Assembly: GCA_022813965.1 (NCBI GenBank)
Contig: JALDZS010000010.1
Location: 1 to 64,000 of the forward strand
Direction: 5' to 3'
DNA from: Toensbergia leucococca
Taxonomy: Eukaryota
DNA: 64,000 bases
Part shown: positions 51,177 to 61,770 of the stretch, in pieces
Numbering within the stretch: the stretch's first letter is position 1
How the letters are laid out: each line of letters starts with the position of its first letter
Notes under the pieces: generated by a model
Databases searched by the model: none
The model's input: the letters and a program-made list of their open reading frames with translations, nothing else
Told to the model about the DNA's origin: nothing
Position numbers and translations under genes: made by a program

Positions 51177-51416
51177 AGGGCGAGGGTTGAGGTTGGAAAT
51201 ACGTTCTACTGAGATGCTGGACAGGAGAACAGTAAAAGTAAAAACTCATATACTGTCAGAATACGGAAATCCTGCTGTACTCTATATGCAACCCAGCATT
51301 GGCCGGGTAAGCACTCCCACTCCGGAGCCCTTTGCAAGAATCCAAAACTCCATCCAAAGTTTCCACCATTCCCTACTCAACGCCATCTTCAGCATTCGAA
51401 ACCCCCCTCGCAAACT

Positions 51417-52937
51417 CTAATTTTCCACCTCCTCCAAGCTCTCCTGCGACGAAAAGAACAGCATCGGCGGCATCGGCAAACTATCCCCCATCAAGCTGTC
51501 AGGTAACAGCTGACTGTCCGTCAAGCGCACCCCATCCCACTCCTCTTCCACAAGGCTATCTCTCTCCAGTCGCGGCGATGACAGTACTAGAGGGGGAGGT
51601 GGAAGAGGCTGTGTTGGCTGGGTAAGGTCGGCTGTTGTTGCTTGGGAGATGGGGTTGGAGGAGGGTGGGGGCAGGGATGGATCTTCTGTTGGGTTTTGTG
51701 GTTGTTCTTCTTCTTGGATTGAGTCTTTTAGGGAGGGAGGGAATAGCTGTAGGGTCGGGTCGTATTGGGAGTCTTGGTCTTGGAGGAAGGGTTGGGTGAG
51801 GCGGTGGAGGTCGCGGGTTAGTTGGGCCGAGGCTTCTTGGGAGTCGGATCCTATGTGGGGGGAATGGGCTGAGAGGGACGGGTTAGGTAGGGAGTCGGGT
51901 TTTGAAGGTTGGGTGGCTGGGTTATCGATTTCATGGGTTGGTCTTGTAGCAGGGTCTGCTGGATTGGAGGATACCAGCGAGTCTGTGGATGAGCTTTCTG
52001 ATTTGACAAGCGCGGAGTAGATTTGGTCGTCGAAGCTGCTGGATGGAATGTCCATGCTTGAGTAGACTGCTTGTGTCTTGCGGCCGATATCGAATGCGCC
52101 GTCCTCGGCATTTTCGTCTGTAAACTCGCCATCGGAGTCGCAGACTTCTGTTTTATTCCTTTGCCCTCGAATCCCAATGATGCCTAGCGAGGCGCGCTCG
52201 GGGATGATCTTAGACTCGATAATTGCGCTGTCCAATCGATACGGTGCAAGAACTTGTCCGGAGAGTTGTGATACTCCAGACGTTGAGCCCAAGCTGTCCG
52301 CCACTTCTAGCTTGGGTGCCCAGCTAATTCTCTTCTTCACATTCGAGTGGGCTGGAGTCCGAACATGAGGGTTTGCAGACTTCTCTTTCAACGGCGATCT
52401 AGATATAGTACGGACTGATCTTCGACGATGAGCTGAAAAAGGAGTGTCTGGAGGAGACTGCGAAGATGGGATTTCCTTTTTCCTCGTCGTGCGTGGGGTC
52501 TTTGGAGGTGGTGGCATCAGTACCTCTGGTGCATTTGGCTTTGGTCGCGAAGTCTTGAAGATATCTTGAGCTAGTGGCTTAATCTCTTCCTCTGGGTCCT
52601 CCTCTGCCTTGATACTCTGCTGAACCTTTCGCCTTTTGGACCGTCTGGATGGCGCGGCATGTGCGCGAGTTTCTGCAGGCATTGTTTTCCTTCTCTTCGT
52701 TTTCTGGGAGACTTTCTCATACTCATAGCCGAGGTCGATGTCCTCTTCTACCTGATTTGGGGTATACGAGACGAAATCAATCTGGGTAAGAGTCGGCTGT
52801 CTTGTCTTTGGTGTCGACAACGACGGATTCCTCAGCGATGTGAATTTGTTCCGAGAAGAGAAATGGGCCTGGTGTTGATTGGGGACAGTCTCGTATATTT
52901 GCCCACTTGACTTTCGCTTCTTGGATCGAGTAGGCAT
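51417..52937 (-). CDS. Uncharacterised 506-aa disordered nuclear protein, SQ/TQ-rich, with a QxTLTQIDF motif
   Basis: Long intronless ORF with ATG. Basic NLS-like N-terminus (RSKKRK), RQPTLTQIDF, EIPSSQSP, DSQLLPDSL; 14 SQ/TQ dipeptides by hand count. Confidence 0.8.
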   Translation of the reverse strand: MPTRSKKRKSSGQIYETVPNQHQAHFSSRNKFTSLRNPSLSTPKTRQPTLTQIDFVSYTPNQVEEDIDLGYEYEKVSQKTKRRKTMPAETRAHAAPSRRSKRRKVQQSIKAEEDPEEEIKPLAQDIFKTSRPKPNAPEVLMPPPPKTPRTTRKKEIPSSQSPPDTPFSAHRRRSVRTISRSPLKEKSANPHVRTPAHSNVKKRISWAPKLEVADSLGSTSGVSQLSGQVLAPYRLDSAIIESKIIPERASLGIIGIRGQRNKTEVCDSDGEFTDENAEDGAFDIGRKTQAVYSSMDIPSSSFDDQIYSALVKSESSSTDSLVSSNPADPATRPTHEIDNPATQPSKPDSLPNPSLSAHSPHIGSDSQEASAQLTRDLHRLTQPFLQDQDSQYDPTLQLFPPSLKDSIQEEEQPQNPTEDPSLPPPSSNPISQATTADLTQPTQPLPPPPLVLSSPRLERDSLVEEEWDGVRLTDSQLLPDSLMGDSLPMPPMLFFSSQESLEEVEN

Positions 52938-52994
52938 GATTCCAAGGCTTGATGTTGGAATACAAGATTTGATAGCATAAATACTCCGTCCTCT

Positions 52995-53022
52995 ACGCGT
53001 CCTCGCGGCGTCGGGAACGCGA
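52995..53022. promoter_or_regulatory. MCB (MluI cell-cycle box) cluster in the divergent promoter of the unknown gene and RAD4
   Basis: ACGCGT at 52995-53000, a CGCG core at about 53004, and ACGCGA at 53017-53022, 60-85 bp upstream of the minus-strand ATG. Confidence 0.55.
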
Positions 53023-53334
53023 CAAGAATACCTTATTCTATCTAAGCGACGTCATCGCTCAGGATGTTGACTGTTTCTCTTCAACAATGGAAAGCAGCCA
53101 TAGCTGGTGCAAATGCTAATATATTTTCTTGTATATAGCATCGCATTCCTATATTGTCTCATTTTCTATGCTTTCACATCATCAAAGGTGTTCGACATCC
53201 TACGACTGACTCAATCTGCTGGACGGGCTAATGAATGTAAAACGGCATTTGTCAATCAGTGCCATTCCTGAAATTACTTGATCCTTTGCTTCTCGATTTC
53301 TGTCTTATCATCATTGTTATCAAGATCCGCATCG

Positions 53335-56300
53335 ATGGTTCGTTCTGAGGGCAGAAAAAAAAGATGTGGCAGAGCAAGACCGCCAGGAAAGTCTTCATCA
53401 AGAAATGCTTTACCTGACGTTTACGATGAGATGCTCGCGGATGCTATCTCATCGTCATCTACAAGGGTCGACGAAGAGGGACCATCTGTTAAAAGACGAA
53501 GGATTCGAGGCCGTATGGTTGTGCAGGGAAACGAAGGCATAGACGACAACCTGACCCACGATTCTGACCATACATCAACAGCTGCAGTGGAAAGTGATGA
53601 CATGCCCGAAGTCGTATCTCACCACCAGCAAACTGCCTATAATGACTCCGAGGAATCCGCCGAGAGCGATGTGGATTGGGAAGAGATTGATTTTGGGAAT
53701 AACACCGAAAAGAAGGAGCTTAGAGGAGATAGCGACGATGGAAAGAAAGAATTGAAACTCGTACTCGATGCCGAGGACCCGGAGAGGCGAAGACAGACAG
53801 TCGTAAGAAGAAAACCTGCCACCGCCGAGGAGCGGAGGTTGAGGCTAGAAATCCATAAAATGCATCTGCTTAGTCTCATTGCGCACGTGCATCTTCGTAA
53901 CCATTGGTGTAACGACCATGAAGTTCAGGTAATCGCAACTGTGTCTACCACACTTGCTCCAGGCTGATTGTCTAGGGAGCTCTCCAAAGTCTATTGACCA
54001 AGCGCAACATATCCTATTTGAATCCTGATGAGCAGTTCTCCCAATTCCAGAGGAACAGGTCTTTCATGGATGGACTGGCGCAGGTCAACGAGAGCTTCAA
54101 GAAAAAATTCAAAATTACTACAAGAGGAATGAGTAGATCACGCTGGGCCGATAGCTCAGAAGCTCTGGAAAATGTGTGAGACTCTTAAATCACGGTCGCA
54201 ACAGCCACCTCTTATTGTTTTCGTTGACTCCCTCAAACAGTGATTGACCAGACTGCTAATACTTCAGGACCTGCAGTTTAAGCTCCCGGAGGACCTTGAA
54301 CTGCCAACGCAGAAATCAGACTTCCGCAATATGGCGGGTACATGCAAAGCCTCACGAGATGTTTGTGCCCAGCTTTTCTGTGCCATGTTGCGCTGTGCCG
54401 GCGTCGATGCCAGACTAGTGTGCTCATTGCAGCCACTGCCCTTCAATGTGAATGCAAAAGGGGCTACGCCACAGAAGTCCAAGCCGACTATGATTATTGC
54501 AGATCCTGGGAGCCTGGCAATCACAAGCGGTGACGAAAGCGAAATTGGGTTGCAAAGCGACACGTCCATCATTACGACAGGATCCATTGCTTCCACTGGT
54601 ACACCAGAGCGCATCAGATCCAGACTTGCAACGAGGTTGGGACGGCTGCCTCCGAATGGTATAAATGTATCAAATGGGGCTGTACCGGCACCTGTTAAAA
54701 GTAATACATTCCACCTGCCCTAAATTACATTCGACAGATCTGACTTGATTAGAACCACGACGAAAACGAATTGAAGAATCAGCTTACCCAATTTACTGGG
54801 TTGAGGTCTTCAATGCGGCAGCTCAAAAGTGGATTCCTATAGACCCGATCGTCACCAATACCATATCTAAACCCTCGAAATTCGAGCCTCCGGCTAGCGA
54901 TCCGGAAAACAATATGAGCTATGTCCTAGCCTTCGAAGACGATGGCTCGGCTCGAGACGTTACTAGGCGATATGCCAAAGCCTACAACGCCAAAACCCGA
55001 AGGAACAGAGTTGAAATTACCAAAGGAGGAGACAAATGGTGGCGGAGGGTAATGCGGGTGTATAAGAGATCGCATGATCTAGACTGTGATCAAATTGAGG
55101 ACGCCGAACTGACGGCTAAGGAAGCCGCTGAGGCGATGCCGAGGAGTATCCAGGATTTCAAGGATCACCCGTACTACGCTCTTGAACGGCACCTAAAGAG
55201 ACATGAGGTCGTTCATCCCAAGCGAGAAGTAGGAAAAGTGACCGCAGGGAAACTCGCTGGCAACAAAGGTCTAGAGCCAATCTACCGAAGACGAGATGTA
55301 CACATGGTGAAAAGCGCAGACAGCTGGTACAGGCTAGGTCGAGAGGTTAAGGTCAGCCGTCGCCTTCTCAATACACACTTTATAGACTAAAAAGCCATCC
55401 ACAATCAGCCGGGTGAACAGCCCCTCAAACGCGTGCCCGCACGTCGCAATCCAGACGCAGCGCTGGACGACGACAATGACGATGAAGCCGCCGCCGGAAC
55501 AGCCTTGTACGCCGCCCACCAAACAACCGTTTACACCCCACCCCCCGTGTTGAGTTCTCGCATCCCTAAAAACGCCTACGGGAATCTCGACATCTATACG
55601 CCTAGCATGGTTCCTCCTGGCGGCATTCATATCCCGCATCCCTCTACGGCCCGCGCTGCTAAAATCCTAGGTATCGACTACGCCGATGCAGTCACCGGTT
55701 TCTCATTCAAAGGACGGCATGGTACGGCTGTCATACAGGGGGCTGTTGTAGCAGTAGAGTGTAGGGAGGCTGTTGAGACCATTATTCAAAAATTCGAGGA
55801 TGAGATAGCGGAAGCTGAAGAGGCGAGGAGGACTTTCGAGGCATTGAGGATGTGGCGGCGATTATTGGCTGGGTTGAGGATTATGGAGAGGATCGGAGGG
55901 TATGAGATCGAGGGCGAGAGGGATGGTGTCAGGATTGAGATGGAGAAGGTTGACGATGATATCGAAAAGGAGGGTGATAGAGGTGGGGGATTTCTGCCTG
56001 ATGTCGATGAAGAGGGCCTGATAGAACCCACGAACGGCCGAATGCCTGCAACTCGTCATGCTAATGATTACGTTGGAGAAGGCGGCGGCTTTGCTGATGA
56101 CACCTTTGATGCGCATCTGGAAGCGCACGACGAAGAAAAAGGCGGTGGCTTCATAGCCAACTCGCCCAGCTCGCACGCAGCTTCTCATGACGAAGACAGC
56201 CCACCCTCGAGGCATCCTACCGATCATTTCATCAACCGCATCGAAAACGACGATCGCGGCGGCTTCTACGCTTACGATATCGACGAAGATGCCGAGAATG

Positions 56301-56902
56301 CGATGCATGACGTTGAGGGCGGTGGGGGCTTCCTAGATGATGAGAGCCAAGAAGGTGACAATGGAGATGGGGTTATGGAAGTTAGGGCTGGCGATGGTAC
56401 TATGGAAGAGCGTCCTGAGAGAGACGTTGGCGAGAGCGTTGTGGGTGGAGACACGAATGACAATAACGACAAGATCGACAAGGACGAGTCAGCCACAATC
56501 CGCCACGCAGAAACCCCCAACTCGTTCCTCCCCTCTCTCTCCTCACGCCCCGAACCCCGCGCCCCAGAACCAGCCATTCCACCCCCTCCCCGCCACCCAG
56601 ACCCCACTGCACCAATCCCTCCTACCTCCGAGCCGCTGGCCTCGACCGCGGCCGGGACTCCAAAGACGGAAAGTAGTTCGGACTCCGAGTTAGAGGAAGA
56701 GCGCGAGGCGCGGGAGAAGGAGGAGAGAGAGTGTAATGACATTGCTTGGCAGGCAGAGGAGGTATATAGGGCAGATCAGGAGTGGAAGAGGTCCCAGGAG
56801 GTGGAGATGGAGTTTAGGGAGGAGGATGAGGGGGAGTCTTTGCTGTCGCATGATCCCGAGGATGATGAGAGTGATGAGGATGATTTTGAGGTTTGTTGGT
56901 GA
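53335..56902 (+). CDS. RAD4: Nucleotide-excision-repair damage sensor Rad4/XPC, 5 exons
   Basis: ESDVDWEEIDF (TFIIH-binding-type acidic motif), IHKMHLL..AHVHLRNHWCND, SRDVCAQLFCAMLR, YPIYWVEVF, RDVTRRY, DFKDHPYYALERHLKRHEV, IPKNAYGNLDIY, YADAVTGFSF. Confidence 0.95.
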
Positions 56903-57643
56903 TGGTTATGGTAAGGTGGGGCCAAGGGTTGGGAGAGGGGAGACCGGGGGTTTGGGGGGTTGCGTGGTTCTGGGGATGGGGATGTGGAGGTTCAGTGGAA
57001 GTATTTGATGGGTTGCGGGGGCAGCAGCGGGGGAAGCAGGTAGGAAGTTTAAGACGAGTGTGAGAGGGGTAGGTAATCCTTGGTGTGAAGAGAGACGAGG
57101 ATGTGTCTACTTGGCTTTTGGATATATTGTACATGGCGAGCATAGTGATTGGGGATTGAGTCGTTTAAGAAGTGTCCTCAGCGGTGGGTAATTTGAATGG
57201 CAACAGGGGATTGTTGTGTTGAAGACATACGAGTAGGATCATTGTGAGAAATAGTCCGCAGCTCTACCAATGTAGTATTCCTCTCTAAGCAAAGATCCCT
57301 AAAGGCATGCAAATAACCACAATAGCGCCAATCGATGCAGGGGTATCTTCCCAGAAAAATCCATCCAAATCATCTCTGTTTCATGAGTTGCATGATACTC
57401 CTTGAACCAACCACGGTCACCTGTCCTCGTTCTTCTACTCTCCGGGGCCCATCAAAGCGCTCAAGTCTTGATTCGAGACATCATCGCCAAAGAGCCGTAG
57501 ATTCCTCCTCCACGACATAGCAGAGGCGCCGGCTCCCACAATCCTGCTTCTCGGCTGGAGCGCTGGATGAACCCGCGTCCGCAAGGTGGACATGTGGGAC
57601 AGCCGAACTCTTTACGTCCATGCTACAACGAAGCAACGACGCG

Positions 57644-58844
57644 TCACTCGGAGTCATAATCCACAAGCACCGGTCCGTGCAAGCTCTTCTCCGGTTGAGA
57701 CTTGCCGACCGCCAGGCCCGATTCTGAGACCGTGTCCCTTTTCCGCTTGATGCCGACTATGACACCAGACGCCTGCGCGGCTGGTTTGTTGTCCCTCAAA
57801 AAGGGGTCCAAGACCGCTCTGGTATTGTCGCCGAGCTCTTTGCGCAACCGCTCCCTTCTCTCCTCGGCGTCCGAGATAGCCTTGGCTGCCTTTGTCTGCT
57901 TGGACTTTGGTGGGAGGATCTTGTTCGTAGATAGCGGTATTGTGAATAGGGGTCTTGACCTCGCTTTCACCACTGCCGTCTCTGCATCAAAGTCGCCAAA
58001 GTCCACAAGACCAGCTTGGGTTCTATCCTCCTCGGTTTCCTCCAAGAGCTCCATACCTAAACTCATCCTATCCTTCAGCCCCTCCGTCAGCGCCTCGTTC
58101 GTTTGTCGAACCTTGCGATCAGCCCTAAAGGCTCTTCGCAGCTTCATGCTTGCAGCATACGGATCGTCCCAGTCCTTCTGCTTTGATCGCTGGAGGTCCT
58201 CAATGCGGGATTTGTCCGTCACGGCCTGTTGCTTATCTGCGACCTTGCCCTCCAGTGCAGCAAAAGCATCGTTCTGCAACCTCTCTCTTTCCTCGTCTGT
58301 CCTAATCCTAATTTCCCCGTCCTGCACCTTATCCTCGCCCGTATCCCGTTTCTTTGCCCCCTCCGTCACCACATAAGCCGTATTTTTCGGATCAGTCCTT
58401 ATCTCGATGCCTCCACCACAGACATTGTGTTTCATGCGGAAGCTGAATATGGGCGTAGTGTAGTAATTGCCAACTTTCTTCTTCTCGGCATTGAAGCGCA
58501 CTCCTTGGCCGATGATGGTTGGTTTGGGGCAGGTGGTGCACCAGATCGCAAAAGGCATCTCGAAGCGCACGGTGAGGATACCTTGGCCAGATTTGCGGGC
58601 GCGGTTGCCGAGTGCATGTCTATTATTTGTGAGGATTTGAGGGATGCGGGGGAGAAGGTTACGGACTTTCCGGCAAGCTTGTTTGCGGATGTAGTTCCTT
58701 CGTGCTCGGGTGGGACGTAACTACATATGCTATAAGTATAGTAGCTCTAGAGAGCCGCTTAAAGGATCGTACCGTCCCATATCTAGAGTGTATCAGTACG
58801 TTTGTATAGAAGCTCAAGGCACAGTACGTACTGAAACCCTGCAT
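57644..58844 (-). CDS. CWC16/Yju2-family splicing factor (CCDC130/YJU2B/Saf4-like), 4 exons incl. micro-exons
   Basis: Spliced: MQGFNMGRYVPPEHEG...HALGNRARK...ILTVRFEMPFAIWCTTC...IGQGVRFNAEKKKVGNYYTTPIFSFRMKH..C...IEIRTDPKNTAY. Confidence 0.9.
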
Positions 58845-60526
58845 TTTGAAATTGATTGGAGCTTTCGCTCTTTAAAACAGTCCTCAACGCTATGCTATCA
58901 GTTTGTCCCTGTAGCTAGAACGAAGGTGAAACCGACGAAACCGAGTCCAATATTCAGACTAGGATGGGCCAGGTAACTCAACGTCATGACGGTTCAGAAG
59001 ATAGTATTGCACGAACTAGGAGATGAGAGTAAGTCAAAGCCATATCTCTGTAAAGCAAGACGGTGAAACAGCGTCAGTCTTAAGTGAGTATTCATACTCC
59101 GTACTCAGACGAGTATTTTACTGGAAAGAGTGGTGGAGGTAACTAGGTAAGATCGGAGTTAGTTCGGCTTTATTATCTTCGTCAGCCACATTGAGAAATG
59201 CAGAGACTTTATGAAAGTTTCTACGGAGTATTTACGCTAGCTGTCGGTACTACGACAAGATCCATCAGAATGTCAACAGTCTCAGAACGCGAATTCAGCA
59301 AGCGGTGATGGCTTGCAACTACCTACCATTGGCATCCTTTTTTTGGGCAAGAAGAAAAAGTAGCGAAGGCGAGTAGCAAGTCGATGATCAGCATTCGTCA
59401 GCCTGCAGACCTACTCATTCATAGTAAATATGTCGACTTGCAGTCACCGTATTACCATTGCCGTAGCCGAAACCAGATTATGCTCTCGCGCTTTTTTCTT
59501 CTTGTGGCCAGTAAATATATTGGCTGTTGTGACGTGTGAGCCTTGTGTTGGTGGCCGAGGCGACTTATTCCAAAGATTTCAATAAAATTCGCCGCAGGTG
59601 AAAGTCTTAATGTTTTCCGACACATATTATTTCTCTTCTTTATTCCCCGAGTAAAATACATGCAGTTCTTTCTCATTCTTGGAGATTTTTGATGTCTTCA
59701 ATCACTGGTACATGACAGTCGAGCAACAATACGATGCCAGATGACCTGCAAATGCTAAAGACCCTTATCTTGGAACCACGTCAAGCTCCGCCGTCACCTG
59801 TAAAAAGAAATTGCAAGCGCAAATCCTCACACGAGAAACTTGTCTGAAGCCGTTGCAATGTCCCTTCTAGCCACAGGACTCTTTACGCGGCAACGGACAA
59901 AGAGGCGTTGTACGCAGTCACAATCAGCAATGGAACGCAAACACCGTACCAATACCAAAGACGGATCATGATGGAACTCTTGCCGCAGCCATTAAAGCTG
60001 CGGTGAGACCATTGAAGCGTACGCTTGATTCTGTCGAAAATAAGTAAGACATAAAGACGCAGAAGCCGAATCAAATCAAAGAGAAAAGGAGGTTCGGGTT
60101 CAACACATAGAAAAAAGCAAGTAAGAAACAGATAAGGGTACGATTGGCAGCTGGCAAAGTTGGGTAGAGACGGCAGAGTCGGGCACAGACTGCTACGCAA
60201 GTCTGAAAGCGAAATGGTGGTCTTGGCAGCAATAGTCCGCTGGCGCCAAGCCGCAACACTGCTGCGTGTTTTCGCCCACGTCTCTCTACCTTATTAATGT
60301 TGTTTGAGAGGCAGCTCATCACATTTTAGTCCAACAGAACAGAAGGAAAGCTCTCATTCCGATTAAGACTGGGTATCGGGGCTCAAGCCATCGAAGACCT
60401 TGATATGAATGAGAATGCTCTTGTCGATGAATATGGACTGGATAAGAAGGCAACAGGTACTGGGAGGGACTGCCGATTGGATACAAAATTGTCCTGAATG
60501 CTGTCTTATCCTTAGCTATTAGGGCT

Positions 60527-61477
60527 TCATTCTTTCTTCAGCATTTCTTCAACCCTCGTTATTGGGACTAGATCAATCTTCGCCAGATCCACATTTGCTG
60601 TAGCAGCTTGACCGCTGCTGTCAGCATTTACAAAAAGTTTGTTGCCTGTGGTAACTAGCCCACCGCTGATTGCTGATGTCAAAGCCTTGGCAGTCACTGG
60701 ATCCATGATTGTAGAATTGATGCAAGAGTCTGGTGTGAAGTAAACGGCGCCTGTGTTCCTCCCAATGACAGGTATGCCTCCGACAGTGACAGCTCTCATG
60801 TTCATCCTAAGATAGAAACTTGCATCATCTTCCCAACGAACGACAATTGCAAAATTGCATAGGGGCGGTATGCCATCGCCGGCTGAGTTATTCTCTTCAA
60901 GCTTCCACTCCAGAATTCTATCGAGACAACCTTCGAGAGTTCCATGAATTGTCCTCTTCTTGACACGCTCTCTCGACATAGAGTAACCTAAATTGGGCCC
61001 CAAAGATACGGGACCGATTGGGATGGCATCGCCTTCGATGGCAATATTGAACTTCTGTAATGTAGTTTTGGCCGGTCCTTCGGCGTAGTGGGGTTCCCAT
61101 GCAACAATCCTCGGTTCTCTCTTGTCAAATGGGACCTTCTTCTTGCTATCCTGAGGTTCTTCTCCTTTTCCACGACCCACTTCGATTTTGACGGTCGCTT
61201 CACGAAAGCGTAGAACTCCGCTGGAGCTTTTGGGTGTGAAGTCAATGCTGACGAGGACCAGGCAGCCGTTGCCGCCAGTGTGCCTTCCAAATTGAACGAG
61301 CTTCAACCGGGACTGAAGTTTTGAACCGAGCGAATATCCGTCTGTGAGGAGTTGACCTCTCTCGTGATCGAATTGCTCTGATGGAAGGGGCTTTTTGCGG
61401 TCAAAGACCCCCAGCTCATCTAGGCGGGGGGAATTAAGATGCAAGTCGCATTCGATTAAAGGCTCGAGAAGTTCCAT
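60527..61477 (-). CDS. Uncharacterised 316-aa cytosolic beta-rich protein; candidate beta-pore-forming toxin-like effector
   Basis: Clean ATG-initiated intronless ORF with no signal peptide. Strands CLVLVSIDF, RFREATVKIEV, PRIVAWEP, EWKLEEN..GDGIP, FAIVVRW, FYLRMNMRA; amphipathic hairpin FnIaIeGdA-IPIGP-VsLgPnLgYsM. The CDS is well supported; the function is inferred. Confidence 0.7.
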   Translation of the reverse strand: MELLEPLIECDLHLNSPRLDELGVFDRKKPLPSEQFDHERGQLLTDGYSLGSKLQSRLKLVQFGRHTGGNGCLVLVSIDFTPKSSSGVLRFREATVKIEVGRGKGEEPQDSKKKVPFDKREPRIVAWEPHYAEGPAKTTLQKFNIAIEGDAIPIGPVSLGPNLGYSMSRERVKKRTIHGTLEGCLDRILEWKLEENNSAGDGIPPLCNFAIVVRWEDDASFYLRMNMRAVTVGGIPVIGRNTGAVYFTPDSCINSTIMDPVTAKALTSAISGGLVTTGNKLFVNADSSGQAATANVDLAKIDLVPITRVEEMLKKE

Positions 61478-61770
61478 GCTGGACCGATCGTAAGGCTCTA
61501 TTGTTGCGAAGGAACGAACATATTCTCATGCAAAACATACGATACTACTACTATTGATAGTCGCCGTCACGGAATAGTTTTTGAGGTGTTACTACTTCAG
61601 GACTTGAATTCAATGGATCGAGCGATCATACGCATCTGGATCCGGCTCAGCCACCACACTCGTTTGGGATGATGGCTGAGTTTGGACGTCGAATACGCGG
61701 CAGCCTTGTCACTTACAAATCATGGCAACGTTGATTGTCATACCTTTGTTGGTACTATCGAAGGAGGCGA

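Noticed and set aside
54174..54270. Possible stwintron in RAD4 intron 2 (GT-GTGAGA donor overlap, several internal branch/AG signals)
   Set aside because: Removing any internal intron does not regenerate a good donor, and the remainder would be too short. A single intron with a GTGTGA donor explains the frame.
3853..58720. Numerous 60-250 aa antisense or alternate-frame ORFs in the track (e.g. 15170-15925, 21082-21747, 57702-58376)
   Set aside because: They overlap well-identified genes and are explained as codon-bias shadows.
59376..59441. 9-bp inverted repeat GCAAGTCGA...TCGACTTGC as a possible snoRNA or MITE
   Set aside because: No proper C box/D box pair, no TSD, and short enough to be chance.
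60527..61477. Calling the 316-aa protein a fungal gasdermin (RCD-1/HET-Q1-like)
   Set aside because: Size and gene context fit, but I cannot see the N-terminal motifs I associate with fungal gasdermins, and only one clear amphipathic hairpin is evident. Left as a beta-PFT-like candidate pending structure prediction.
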